DNA of 64,000 nucleotides. It comes from Octopus vulgaris (taxonomy: Eukaryota). Each line of letters opens with the position of its first letter. Positions within the stretch are counted from its first letter, which is position 1. This document shows positions 40,698-56,376 of this stretch, piece by piece. The position numbers and the translations under genes are program-made. The stretch is taken from positions 85,870,001-85,934,000 of the forward strand of contig OX597823.1 of assembly GCA_951406725.2 (NCBI GenBank), read 5' to 3'. The notes under the pieces are model-generated. The model saw only the letters and a program-made list of their open reading frames with translations. It searched no databases and had not been told where the DNA came from.

Positions 40698-42569
40698 ATG
40701 TGCAGGTATACACATTCCAACAAAATAACCAGAAAAAACAACTGCAAAAGCACGCGCACGCATAGCGAAAATGAAACGACCGAAATTACAGTTACACCAT
40801 TAGACAGACAGCCTTTTCGTACAACACTGTATATAGAAAATACAAATGAACCTATTCCAGTTAAGTAATATTTTCTACTGGAAACACAAGGCCTTGAATT
40901 TGGGGAAAATAATTAAGTCGATTAAATCGACCACAGTACGTAACTGGTACTTATTTAATCAACCCCCGAAAGGATGAAGGGCAAAATCGACCTTGGCGGA
41001 ATTTGAACTCAGAAAGTAACGGCAGACGAAATACCGCTAAGTATTTTGTCCTAAGTGCTAACGATCCTGTCACCTCACCGTGTTATTCCGGTTAAATAGT
41101 GCACAGGAAATCATCAACAACCGTATTCACACACACACACACACACACACACAAATACATATGAAGATGAAACAAGAAAACGACATAAGCCACTTAAGGA
41201 AACAACACTGAAATAGCCATAGGGATAAGCTGAATTACATTGGCCTATCAGTAAATCAATTTCTTAATTACCTTTTAGCTCTTACTTGTTTCGGTCACTA
41301 GACTCTGGCCAAGCAGGAGCACCGCCTAGAGGAATCTTTTAGTCGAACGAATCAACCCCAGTGCATATTTTTTTTCATTTAAAGCCTGGTATCTATTCTA
41401 CCGAGGTTAAGTTACGGGAACGTAAACACACCAATACTGGTTGGTGGGGTACAAACACACACATGGATACATACATAAATATAATATATAGAAATAATGG
41501 GTTTCTTTCGGTTTCCATCTACCAAATTCATTCAAGGCTCTGGTCGCTCCGAGGCTATAGTAAAAGACATTTATCCTGTGCAACACGGTGGGATTGAACA
41601 GCGAACCATGTAGTTGAGAAGCAAATCTCCTACCACACAGCCACGGCTGCGCTTATTAATTAATAATTGTTTGTAATTTAGACATAAGGCGAGATATTCT
41701 GTCGATGTCTTTCACGTAAGTACTTGACAGCTACGTCAATATATCGATCTCAGAATAAAAATAAAAGACTGTAAAGACCTCGGCGTAATTTGAACTCATA
41801 TCGTATAGAAACACCACTAAGCAATTTTTTCTCAAAATTTTTTCTCAAAATTTTTTCTCAAAATTTTGCCTATCACCTACCTAATTAATTAATTAATAGA
41901 AAGCTACCTCTATCCAAAGCATAACATGATAAAATAAATGCGCCCTTTTAAAGCCTAGCCAGTTTTCCCGGTTTCTATAGTGTATGTGTTCCCCAGCTCG
42001 ACGGGACACCAGTCCATCGCAACGTTACTCATTTTTGCCAGCTGAGTGGACTGGGGCAACGTGAAATGAAGTGTTTTGCTCAAGAACACAACGTGTCGCC
42101 CGGTCCAGGAATTGAAACCACAAACTTGCGATCATGGTGCTGACACCCTAACCACTAAACCACGCGCCTCCACTATCCAAAGCATAGTTTCTCATTACAA
42201 AAATGGTTTCGAAGGTAAAATTAACCTAAATGTCTGTTGTTACAGGTGCAGGCTGTGTGGTTAAGAAGCTCGTTTGATAGTCACATGGTTTCTGGTTCAG
42301 TCCTACAGTGCAGCCTCATGAGCAAAGGTTTTCTGCTAATAGCTCCGGGCCGACCCATACCAGTTACTATTGTCTTTTTCTCCACCCCGCTTGACAACTG
42401 ATGGTCGTTTGCTGCATTTCTGTTCAATAGTGGTTCGGCAAAAGTGAACGATAGAATAAACTACCAGACTTATCTCGAGAGATGATCACTGCGGTTGATT
42501 TGTTTGACCAAAGCCCTTCAAAGCATATAAGAACTTAAAATACTATATATACGTGTGTGCCTGTTATAT

Positions 42570-42765
42570 ATAGAGTTGAAATTTAAAGAAAAAAGAAAGA
42601 CGAAGAGAGGTATATAAATAACAAGCAGGTGTCTTAGTTTGACGCTCGAGAAAAATGAAAAGGTCGTTTGAGCCTATGCTCTTCAGCAGAAAGGAATAAG
42701 AGAAAATAAACAGATAGAGAATAAAATGAAACTTGTAGACTTCAGTAGCCCTATATGGCTAATAC
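42570..42765 (-). mobile_element. Penelope-like pseudo-LTR module
   Basis: Minus ctgctga-a-gagc-atag-gctc-aaacg; homologous to 8620-8810. Confidence 0.6.
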
Positions 42766-42778
42766 ACAAACACACACA

Positions 42779-42810
<32 letters not shown>

Positions 42811-42814
<4 letters not shown>

Positions 42815-43592
42815 GTATCCCAAAAGTCACTCATGGGTTTCAATCTTTAACAAATTCCCTAACTTTACAGATAGATGCATGTAAGTTTGATACAATATAA
42901 GGGACATAATGGGAACTAATATGCACAAGTCAAATTTTATGAAAAATCACATCGCTTAAATGGCAGCCATTTTGTGATTAGTACGCCCGTTTTCTTTCCA
43001 AAACTTCTACCAGAACACCCTCAAGAGTTTCAATTGTAAATTCACAGATCAATGGAAAGTGAAGAAAGCCAGCTCATGAGATCAACAGAACATCATAGTT
43101 AGACCAACGATCAGGTCGATGTGCGCGCGTGTGTGTGTATGCGTGGGTGTGTACGTGTATGTGTGTTTGTGTGTTCGTGTGTGTTTTATCTTTGTCTTCT
43201 TGCTTTGACATCGGACCGTAGCTTTAAGTGAGTGTCACTGTCATGCAAGAGAAGTTCTTTGTTTCCAAGCTCCCACTTAATCATGTCTGGGCTTGGCGAA
43301 ATAGATATCCTTACTCTGATTTCTCTATTGATGTTTTCTGTCTGTTGCACCAGGATCTCCGGTTAGTTGACGTAATCCCTCAAGAAAAAATGCAGGCTAG
43401 TCAAGTCAGGAGAACGTGAAGGCAATTCAAAGTAGACCTCACACACGGTTCCAGCAAGATGGGGCAACTGCTCATACCGTAAGAGAAACAATGCAGTTGC
43501 TACGGCAGTGCTTTGGAGAGAGAATAATCTCCCGCTACGGCAATGTCAACTGGCCATAACGTTCTCCAGACTTGACTAGCCAAGAATCTTTC
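42811..43592 (+). mobile_element. Rearranged DD41D (rosa/Visitor-like) Tc1/mariner remnant
   Basis: 43446-43592 reads RFQQDGATAHTVRETMQLLRQCFGERIISRYGNVNWP*RSPDLTSQE, with 41 residues between the catalytic positions; inverted continuation at 43310-43418; TIR-like caatgtatcccaaaagtc at 42811. Confidence 0.8.
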
Positions 43593-43868
43593 AGTTTCCG
43601 TCTACCAAATGCACTCACAAGGCTTTAGTCTGCCTGAGGCTATAGTAGAAGACACTTGCCCAAAGTGTCACGCAGTGGGACTAAACCAGGACCCATGCGG
43701 TTGGGAAACAAGCTTCTTACCACACAGCCACGCCTGTGCCTAGGTTTCTATATATACATACACACGTTGTCATCGTTGTCGTCGTCGTGGGTGTCACAGC
43801 ATATCACCGCGATCACAACCACGTTTGTTTATTGTTAGAGCAGAGGTGATACTCTTAGAAGGAAGGAT

Positions 43869-44269
43869 GTGGAGGCGCAATGGCCCAGTGGTTAGGGCAG
43901 CGGACTCGCGGTCATAGGATCGCGGTTTCGATTCCCAGACCGGGCGTTGTGAGTGTTTATTGAGCGAAAACACATAAAAGCTCCACGAGGCTCCGGCAGG
44001 GGATGGTGGTGATCCCTGCTGTACTCTTTCACCACAACTTTCCCTCACTCTTACTTCCTGTTTCTGTTGTACCTATATTTCAAGGGGCCGGCCTTGTCAC
44101 TCTCTGTGTCACGCTGAATATCCCTGAGAACTACGTTTAGGGTGCGCGTGTCTGTGGAGTGCTCAGCCACTTACACGTTAATTTCACGAGCTGGCTGTTC
44201 TGTTGATTCGGATCAACCGGAACCCTCATCGTCGTAACCGACGGAGTGCTTCAAAAAAAAAAAAAAAAA
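43869..44269 (+). mobile_element. Young SINE family B with poly(A) and 12-bp TSD
   Basis: TSD agaaggaaggat at 43857-43868 and 44269-44280; A17 tail. Confidence 0.95.
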
Positions 44270-45181
44270 GAAGGAAGGATAGAATTCTGTGAACGCTCAC
44301 GCACGAACTTGTATCTGGGCTAATTTTCAGACAGAGAAGAAGCTCTGTATATCATATGAAATGTATATCATCAACAGGTCCTGAGATTTGAACTGTGAAC
44401 GCAAAGAGTTCAAATAAATATAGCTTTGGCCAACCATTATACGCTCTCTCTTACGCTCTTTCGCCATGTATGTGTGTCTTTTTTCTTTTACTTTATTATT
44501 TTTTTCATTTATTTCAGGCATTAAGTTGCGGCCATGCTGGAGCACCGCCTTGAAAAATCTGCTTTAGTGAAATGAATTGACCTCGGCATTTATATTTATT
44601 TTGTTAACCTTCGTACTTATTCTATCGGTCTCTTTTGCCGAACTGTTAAGTTACACCGATTGTCAAGCGATGGCGAGGGACAAACACACACACATATGTA
44701 TTCGACGGTCTTCCAGTTTCTCTCTACCAAATCCCATCACCAGATCTTGGTCAACCCGAGACTATAGTAGAAGGCCCTTCATCACGCGAACACCTACACT
44801 TATGTATATGTATAGGCATGCATCGATGTACAGAGAAATACGCGTATGTATATACGAGTTTATGTGTGTATGCATATACCTATATGCACGCATATGTATG
44901 TGTGCGTGGGGGGCGGTCGTGCGATTAGAAGTGGATTTCAGCGACAGAGCCTAAAAGGGTCTTGCCGTATATATATATATATACCATAGGAACCTTATAT
45001 ATATATTCATATTCGTAGGTGATCTATTTTTAGCATATTGGATATCCACTTTGGGGTCATCCCTTCTTATACGCATGTATTACAATTTGTCTGAATTTTC
45101 AGATTTATCTATATGCTAGGCCACTGGTTTTAAGTTGATGTTAATTAAATTAACATTCAATTTATCACCCTCATTATATAA

Positions 45182-45223
<42 letters not shown>

Positions 45224-45659
45224 CGGAGATCTATTCGCATAGCAAGAGATTTGATCTGAGATCGTGTGCTGAGTGGTCAGTCTACATCTATCCATCACTA
45301 CAGGTTTATAGCTTTATGTTTATATGTTTATAATGTGTATGTGCGTGCATATACACACACATACATATATACATACATACATACATACATACATGCATAC
45401 ACAGGCGTATGTAAGTACATACATACATACATACATACATACATGCTTACATGCGTGTATGCATACATACACACATACATACGTACATATATATAACGAA
45501 CTAACTGTTACTTTCTCAGATGCAGCACGGATTTTCGTCAGTGAACAGGTCGCGGATTTTCGCGACGAAAATATTTTGACAAATTAAACTTAAATGTTGA
45601 AGTGAATCGAACGGCTTTTGTGTGTTTCTTAAATGGCTTACAAACACCTTCCGCGCAGC

Positions 45660-45699
<40 letters not shown>

Positions 45700-46515
45700 G
45701 CCTATGTGTGTGTTTATCTTTGTGCCCGTGTTTGTTTCCGGCCATGGCATATTTTGATAACATCCCCGTAACTTAGCGCTCCGGCAATAAAGGTGAAAAT
45801 ATATTTATTTCAGAAAGTGACACCCTTACGATTACGACCGTTTCGCAACTTTCATCATGTAGTAATAATAGGTTCATTGTAGAAGAAGTATGTGCTTCCA
45901 TGTTTTCATTAATATGTATGCTATGGATTATACAATGCAATTGTAAATTCACAGATCAATGGAAAGTGAAGAAAGCCAGCTCATGAGATCACAAGAACAT
46001 CATAGTTAGACCAACGATCAGGTCGATGTGCGCGCGTGTGTGTATGCGTGAGTGTGTACGTGTATGTGTGTTTGTGTGTTCGTGTGTGTTTGATCTTTGT
46101 CTTCTTGCTTTGACATCGGACCGTAGCTTTAAGTGAGTGTCACTGTCATGCAAGAGAAGTTCTTTGTTTCCAAGCTCCCACGTAATCATGTCTGGGCTTG
46201 GCGAAATAGATATCCTTACCTGGAAACAAATAAGGGTTGGCAAAGGGATTGACATGTGGGTATATAAAATCTGTTTGATGCATGCAAGTATGGAAAAGTG
46301 ATTTTTCATATATATAGATATTACATGTTATGTTATGTTCTCAACCGAGACATCACAGCTCTATCTGACTGATCAAGGGCTTCGATTCTATGTATGTACA
46401 TATATTTCCTCGATTTCTGACACTTATCAATGGTTTCGCCTATTGTTTTGATGCGCCATTTTCTTTCATAAATAAACCTGTTGGCATATCTTTGACAACA
46501 CTGGTGTCCAAGTGG

Positions 46516-46554
<39 letters not shown>

Positions 46555-46697
46555 TGCATATTATATATCTGTGTGTGTGTACGTTTGTATGAGTATATGG
46601 ATTCTTCTACTTGTTTCAGTCATTGGTCTGCGGCCATGCTGGAGCAACAACTTTAAGGGCTTTAGTCGGAGAAATCGACCCAGGACTGGTATATATT

Positions 46698-46729
<32 letters not shown>

Positions 46730-47456
46730 TTGATTGATTAATTCATAGATAGATAGAGAGAGAGAGATAGAAAGAGAGACAGAGAGATCGGCAAATAGAT
46801 AGATAGATTATTATGTATACCTACATATATGCATACATACATGCACACATACATACATACATACATACATACATACATACATACATACATACATACATAC
46901 ATACATACATACATACACGCATATTTAATATAGCTTCATCAGAGCACGAACACTTTAGGGCTCTGAAAATGAAAGACGTCACTCTGTCACTCAGATCTGC
47001 GCGCACTGTTCCTTAGAGGAAACATTTGTAAGCCCATGAATGTGATTACGTGACTCCTATTCCTTTGTTATTTATTTATTACTCAATATTATGCTCAATA
47101 GTCATGTCTATCGTTATATAGAAGAACAGAAATCCAGAAGCGTCGACGGTGATGTATTCACACTACCTCACGAACGGAGCGTTGAAATATTGAGCAGTAT
47201 AATACATGCGTATTGAGTTGTAAAGGAGTAATTATTGGTTATGTCGAAGCAAATTCGAATTATATAGTCACGCACACTCGCACATACTTAGACTCACCCC
47301 ACCACACACATACACACATATACTACAAGGGTGACACGCTAAAAGTAATGTTTGATCACTTTGAATAGCGGACTTAAAAGGTGAGCCGGAGAGTCAATGA
47401 AAACTTAATCCATAATCGTTGGTCTGACCCAATGATTATGGATTACATGTTTTATG

Positions 47457-47691
<235 letters not shown>

Positions 47692-47702
47692 GTATATATA
47701 TA

Positions 47703-48169
47703 TCTCTATATATATAAACGGCAGTTTGTCTGTCTGTGTGTCTGTGTGTCTGTCAGGTTGTACCCGTCACCCTGACTACGGCTTTCGACCGATTCTGATG
47801 AAACTTGACACACATTATAGCCCAATGTCATAATTCAAAACTAACGCAGCGAAAATTTTGAAAAGTTCCCCCAGTTCTGAAAAACCACGATAAATTCGAC
47901 ATGGGGATTCGAGAATCTAAGCTTTTTATATGCAACACATTTTCTGGACTGTACGTGGGCTGTTCACGCGTTGGGAGGCGCAATGATGTTTTCATGTTTT
48001 CGCCCAAAGGGACAGCTAGGAACATAGTATACACAGAAGTATTTGAGTGAAAAGACATTGCAACCTACACATGCGCCTTCGTTCCCTAGAGGGAAATGAC
48101 TAGATTGGGATTAGTCGTTGCCTACTAGGGGCTCTTACATACCCGGGCAATGCCGGGCTATGCTGCTAG
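47703..48169 (+). mobile_element. Non-autonomous Helitron retaining the helicase C-terminus
   Basis: 5' TC(TC)TATATATATAAA; 3' hairpin cccgggcaatgccggg plus CTAG|T; 47940-48050 reads FSGLYVGCSRVGRRNDVFMFSPKGTARNIVYTEVFE*, matching the Helitron Pif1-like end (GQLYVA.SRV...NIVY.EV). Confidence 0.9.
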
Positions 48170-48196
48170 TGTATATATATATATATGTATATATAA

Positions 48197-48348
48197 TATA
48201 AGGGATATTAGCCAACCGAATATGGCTAGGGACAGGGCAGGGTGGTGGGGGTGTCATCGTTGCATTTAGCCCCAACAGAAGACACCCCCACCACCCTGCC
48301 CTAATATATGTATATAGCCATATTCGGTTGGCTATATATCCCTTATAT
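48197..48348. repeat. Nested double palindrome in (TA)n
   Basis: Outer arms ataagggatat-tagccaaccgaatatggcta / tagccatattcggttggcta-tatatcccttat; inner arms agggcagggtggtgggggtgtc / gacacccccaccaccctgccct. Confidence 0.92.
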
Positions 48349-48394
48349 TACGGAGCAGTCACTGTCTATATCTCATTTATATATATATTATATA

Positions 48395-48432
<38 letters not shown>

Positions 48433-48462
48433 TATATTATTGTATGTATATATATATAAATG

Positions 48463-48636
<174 letters not shown>

Positions 48637-48851
48637 GATTTGCCGGAAACTATCTGTGTTTGTCCCCCACTAGTGCTTGATAACCGGTGTTGGTGTGTTT
48701 AGGTCCCTGTGACTTAACGGCATGGCAAAAGGAAGCGATAGAATACTTACTCGGCTTAAAATAAAATAAGTACCAAGGTAGATAAATTCGACTAAAAATT
48801 CGTGGAGGTATTGCACCAGCATGGTTGCTGTGTGCTGACTGAAACAGGATA

Positions 48852-49170
<319 letters not shown>

Positions 49171-49473
49171 TATATATACAAACACACACACACACACACA
49201 CACACAACCACACATTAGAAAACCAGTATGGGATATACAGGTTTTCTAATGTCAATACAGATAAGCTCAGATCGATCCTGGAATGATGGCAGGCAAGGTC
49301 GAACGCAGCACGATTTGAACACTGCACCTAATGACTTGTAAATGTAATGCCGCAGGCCATCTTGTACGACACCTAGTCCACCTTGAACTCTTGCACAAAG
49401 ATTTCTAATTAAGGTTGAAGACCGACGATTTAGTGGTGAAAGGGTTAGTCGAGCACATAAAGTTATACATTAT

Positions 49474-49880
49474 AGCGTAGAAGTGGCTGTGTGGTGAGTA
49501 GCTTGCTTACGAGCCACATGGTTCCGGGTTCAAGTCCCACTGCGTGGCAGCTTGGGTAAGTGTCTTCTACTATAGCCTCGGGCCGACCAAAACCTTGTGA
49601 GTGGATTTGGTAGACGGAAACTGAAAGAAGCCCGTCCTATATATGTATATATATATATGTGTGTATGTGTGTGTATATGCTTGTGTGTCTGTGTTTGTCC
49701 CCCCAACATCGCTTGACAACCGATGCTGGTGTGTTTACGTACCCGTAACTTAGCGGTTCGGCAAAAGAGACCGATAGAATAAGTACTAGGCTTACATAGA
49801 ATAAGTCCTGATGTCGATTTGGTCGATTAAAGGCGGTGCTCCAGCATGGCCGCAGTCAAATGACTGAAACAAGTAAAAGA
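49474..49880 (+). mobile_element. SINE family A, reference intact copy (~410 bp)
   Basis: tRNA-like head (A box tggctgtgtgg, B box ggttcaagtcc), cttgggtaagt CORE-like motif, internal TA/TG tract, CR1-like tail. Confidence 0.93.
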
Positions 49881-50132
49881 AAAGGAAAAGAAATAATTCG
49901 GAGCGATGAAGAGCAATGTTGGCTCAGTGAGTATACGAACTCAGAACATTAAAGTTTCGAAATAAATATCGCTCTAACGATTCGGCTAAACAACTTCTTT
50001 TACATACCATATATGAATCAATGCATCAACGGTTTCATTTCCACATAGAAACTCGATTAATTCACGTTGGTTGTTTAAACATCGTTAAACGACAGAGTGT
50101 CGCACATATTCTTCCTTCATGCGTATAGTACA

Positions 50133-50328
50133 CCGTATTTTCCGGCATACAAGTCGAATTTTTCAGACCAAAATTTACAGCTAAAACAGGTTAGGTCGGT
50201 CGATTTATACACCAAAATAAAATTTCCTGCCAACTAAAGTAAAATTGGAGAAGATATTAAACATGTTTGATTGTATAAATTACATGTTTACACTCTATAC
50301 TATGTCGACTTGTATGCCGGAAATACGA
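50133..50328. mobile_element. Tc1/pogo-like MITE
   Basis: TIRs ccgtattttccggcatacaagtcga / tcgacttgtatgccggaaatacg. Confidence 0.8.
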
Positions 50329-50501
50329 TATGTATGCATGTATGTATATATGTATAGGCTTGTTCATAACTTATGTTTTACTAATAAATTTTAATAATAC
50401 GGTTTCAATTCCTCGTTGAAACTTAATTCATTTGCTTAACGAATATTAATTCATTTGCTTTCAGAAATGGGAAACACTGTACTCTTTTAACGAAAAAAAG
50501 C

Positions 50502-50548
<47 letters not shown>

Positions 50549-51243
50549 CATATTGAATTTGTGGATTTCTGTCGTGTGAGTGAAAAAAATCGTTAAATCA
50601 TGTTTCCTAATACAAGTTAACGATCCGTTTTCTGGTTTCCAGTCACGCTGCTCGTTCATTTTATAACACACAAGCCGTTATGGCGACTGAGAAAGCGTAC
50701 GCTACAACCTCACACACACACACACATACACATCTATGCGGAGCGCGGTTATACACATGCGGACAGACGGACAGACAGACAGGCAAGCATGCAGATACAC
50801 ATGTCTGCTAGCGCAAAACTTTTTATTCTCCTTCCTTCAACAATTTGTGGATTTACGCCTCAGTGAGAATCCATACACAGCAGTCACAAATTATTAAATC
50901 CCTTCCTGCATAATGCCCTTTAAAAAGAGGCATGAATACCACTGACTCGCATCCCCTTCCCCTACAGAACTTGATTTTTTTTTTCTTCATATACGTGTGA
51001 TGGGAATTTCATGTTTATACGTATGTATATGAAATACTTGTATATGTATATATGGATGTACGTAAATATATACATATATATAAATGTGCGTGTGTGGTGT
51101 GTGTGTATGTATCTATATATATATATGTGTGTGTGTGTGTATGCATATCTATCTTTATATATGTATATTTATCATGTATCAATATATATATATATAAATA
51201 TATATGGTTACATATATTTAAATACATACATACACACAAACAT

Positions 51244-51294
<51 letters not shown>

Positions 51295-51316
51295 GTGTAT
51301 AAATAAATATATATAA

Positions 51317-51394
51317 AACTTAGATAAAACTTAGATATGTTTCGACCAGAGATTGGTCCAGGCCATGTCTAACTTAATAGCACCACCTGAGTGG

Positions 51395-51395
<1 letters not shown>
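51317..51395 (-). mobile_element. Very short CR1-like 3' UTR copy with (ATCTAAGTTTT)n tail
   Basis: Nearly identical to 17551-17610. Confidence 0.7.
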
Positions 51396-52460
<1,065 letters not shown>

Positions 52461-52539
52461 ATATATACACTAAAATATATAAAGATAAATTGGTATACAT
52501 CCATATATATATATACGATATATGTATAGATAGATATAT

Positions 52540-52581
<42 letters not shown>

Positions 52582-52875
52582 GAATGAAGTGAGGTGTCAG
52601 CGTGCATGTGTGAGAGCAAGCGTATGAATAAACGCAATAAGTGTCGTATAGCTATGCCCATTAACAAGGGCTTCAGCATCTCTCTCTTTATTAAACTTGA
52701 TGCTTTTCCAGCAAACACACGCCTGCACACTTACAGACACATATGAGGATATTACATAATGTACATCTACATTATTTTTGACAATACATACACAAACACA
52801 CTCATGTATGTACACATGTGACTGTATGCGTGTGTTTATATATATGTGTGTGTATGTGTATATATATATATATGT

Positions 52876-52920
<45 letters not shown>

Positions 52921-52964
52921 TACATATACACGCATATATACATATACTCTTTACTTTTTTACTA

Positions 52965-53169
52965 TCTTTTACTTGTTTCAGTCATTTGACTGCGGCCATG
53001 CTGGAACAACGCCTATAGTCGAGCGAATCGCCCCCAAGACTTATTCTTTAGAAGCCTAGTAATTATTCTATCGGTTCCTTTTGCGTAAACAGACCACCGT
53101 CGGTTGTCAAGTGATGTTGGGGGTGGACAAACACAGATAAACAAACATATACACACACATACATATATC

Positions 53170-53236
<67 letters not shown>

Positions 53237-53397
53237 TACGACGGGCTTCTTTCAGTTTCCGTCTACCAAATCCACTGACAAGGCTTTGGTCGGCCCGAGG
53301 TTATATTAGAAGACACTTGCCCAAAGTGCCACACAGTGGGACTGAACCCGGAACCATGTGGTTCGTAAGCAAGCTACTCACCACACAGCCACTCCTA
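52965..53397 (-). mobile_element. SINE family A
   Basis: Reverse complement of the consensus. Confidence 0.88.
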
Positions 53398-53679
53398 CAT
53401 ATATATGAATATATATCTGTATGATCATGTACACACACACACACATATATATATATAAGCGTGTAATGGTGAGGGGGGAAACAGCGAGAGAGATAAATTG
53501 TTAGGAACGACATGCATATTTACATAGATATAGATATAAATATATATATACATATGTGTGTGTGTGTGTGTTTGAGAGAGAGTGTGGATGTATGCATGCA
53601 TGTATATATATATGTATTTATATATATGCCATATTTATACTTCCCTGTATAATCGCATGCATATGTATGTGTACTGATA

Positions 53680-53734
<55 letters not shown>

Positions 53735-53938
53735 CTTTACTCCTTTATCGATTCCTATCTACATGATTCAGTTATCAGATTATGTTCATGCTGGAGCATC
53801 GTCTTCAAGTAATTGTATCAGACCCAGTACATTCTTTTATTTTTTGAAAGCCTTATTCTATTCATCCTTTTGCTGTGACGAGAATGTGAACAAACCAACA
53901 CCGGTCGTCAAGCGGTGCTGTGTTACAAATGTGGATCC

Positions 53939-54026
<88 letters not shown>

Positions 54027-54334
54027 GATGGGCTTCTTTCCGTTTCCATCTACCAAATCCATTCACAAAGACTTTTGTTGGCCCGCAAGTATAGTAGAAG
54101 ACACTTGTTCAAGATGCCACGCAGTGGGACTGAACTTGGAACCATGTGGTTAGGAAGCAAGCTTCTTACCACACAGCCTCGCCTAAACACACACACAAAC
54201 ATTTCTATGTATGTGTGTGTGTGAGTATCTGTGTTCATATATATATATATATATATATATATACATGCATGTATATATGTATATACACACACATACATAC
54301 AAATGATTATATATACGTATACATGCTTTCAATC

Positions 54335-54366
<32 letters not shown>

Positions 54367-55600
54367 ATGTATATATCTATGTATGTATGTATGAATGTAT
54401 GTATGTATGTACGTATATATGGGCGGAAGATCTCTTGAGAGTCAACGGCCATCCAATAAATGTGTAATTTTCTTTTTCTTAAGGCTTAAGGCTATATCAT
54501 GCGCGGGGACATAGAAATAATCGAACTGAATAACTGATCGCCCTTTGTTAGGGCATCCTTCTGGGAGAAGGTAACTCAGGTAACTGGGATAACTCCGACA
54601 TAAAACCTGCAGCTCAGTGGTTACAGATGATGTTGACTTGTTCTTCTTTTCGGATTATGGCTGCTGTTGCTTAGTGAGTGAGATTGACTCAGTGCACAGC
54701 CTTTCCTCACTTTAAAAGAAATCTTCCTGCACAGGCATTGCACGATAACAACATAGTTCATGATTGTTGATGGTGCTCTGAGTCTCAACTGAATGGCTGG
54801 CTGTAGCCGTAAATAGCAAATAAATGTCACGTTTGATCACAGCACCAATAACAGTTAAGCTTCGTGCAATGGCCATACTCGATAACGAGGGGCCAGCCAT
54901 CATGTATATATGTTTGTATATATGTGCATGTGTGTGTGTGCATTTGTGAGTGTGTGTGTGTGTCTGTGTGCATATGATCCCCTTCCCAATTCTCAAACAC
55001 ACACGTCATACATGTGTAGTGGTTCATTATGATAACGGTCTTAATTCGCTGCTTTTCTCGGCTCCTAACCTTGTAGATCCTACCTCGGTAGAGTTACCTT
55101 TCTGCTTTTTTCTACTGATGGACAATGATATTTGGCTCAGTAGCAGACCGACATTAGACTGGTCTCAAAATTTTGGCTGAAAACCAGCAATTTTTGTGTA
55201 GGATCTAAGTCAATTTACATCCAGTTGTACTTATTTTATCGACGCCGAAACGATGCAAAGCAAAATGGCCCTCGGATGATGTTAAACTCAGGTCGTGCAG
55301 ACGAACGAAATGCCGTTAGGCGTTTTGTCCAGGATGCTTACGATTCTGCCAGGACACCGCCTTACAAACCGGAATTATATTATTATAACATTATGAAAGC
55401 GGCGAGGTGACATAATCGTGCTTAGCGACATTTCGTCCGTCTTTATGCGATTCCCCCGACATCAAATTTGCCTCTCATCCTTTCGGCGTCGATAAAATAA
55501 TTACCAGTTGAGTAATGTGGGCAATAAAATCGACTTACTCTCTCCCACGAAATTCTTCTTCTTCTTCTTATTCTTATTCTTCTTCTTCTTCTTCTTCTTC

Positions 55601-55638
<38 letters not shown>

Positions 55639-55640
<2 letters not shown>

Positions 55641-56101
55641 GGAGGCGAGCTGGCAGAATCGCTCCACGCTGGAGGAAATTCTTAACGGTATTTCGTCCAT
55701 CTAAGGCGGTGAACTTGTAGAGTCGTTAGCACGCCGGGCTAAATGCTTAGCGATATTTCGTCTGCCTCTACGTTCTGAGTTCAAATTCCGCCGAGGTCGA
55801 CTTTGCCTTTTATCCTTTAGGAGTCGATTAAATAAGTACCAGTTACGCACTGGGGCCGATATAATCGACTTAATCCGTTTGTCTGTCCTTGTTTGTCCCC
55901 TCTGTGTTTAGCCTCTTGTGGGTTAGTAAAGAAATAGGCATTTCGTCCATCTTAACGTTCTGAGTTCAAATTCCGTCGAGGTCGATTTTACCTTTCATCC
56001 TTTCGGGGTTGATAAATTAAGTACTAGTCAAGCGCTAGGGTAGTGGCGAGCGACTATTCCCCTTCCCATGAATTCCAGGCCTTGTGCCTATAGTAGAAAG
56101 G

Positions 56102-56102
<1 letters not shown>
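55639..56102 (+). mobile_element. Long SINE C (55703-55936) nested in a short SINE C, with 16-bp TSD
   Basis: TSD gg(t/c)atttcgtccatct at 55687-55702 and 55937-55952. Confidence 0.85.
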
Positions 56103-56153
<51 letters not shown>

Positions 56154-56256
56154 GTTCAAATGCCGCCGAGGTCGAATTTCTCTTTCATCCTTTCGGTGTC
56201 GATGTAATCGGCCAGTACCTTTCCCCCAAGTTCCAGGCCTCGTGCCTATAGTAGAA

Positions 56257-56312
<56 letters not shown>

Positions 56313-56313
56313 C

Positions 56314-56376
<63 letters not shown>

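Noticed and set aside
54420-54620. Possible RTE 5' UTR or HDV-like ribozyme (gggcatccttctgggagaaggtaactc)
   Set aside because: Resemblance from memory only; the double-pseudoknot pairings could not be built.
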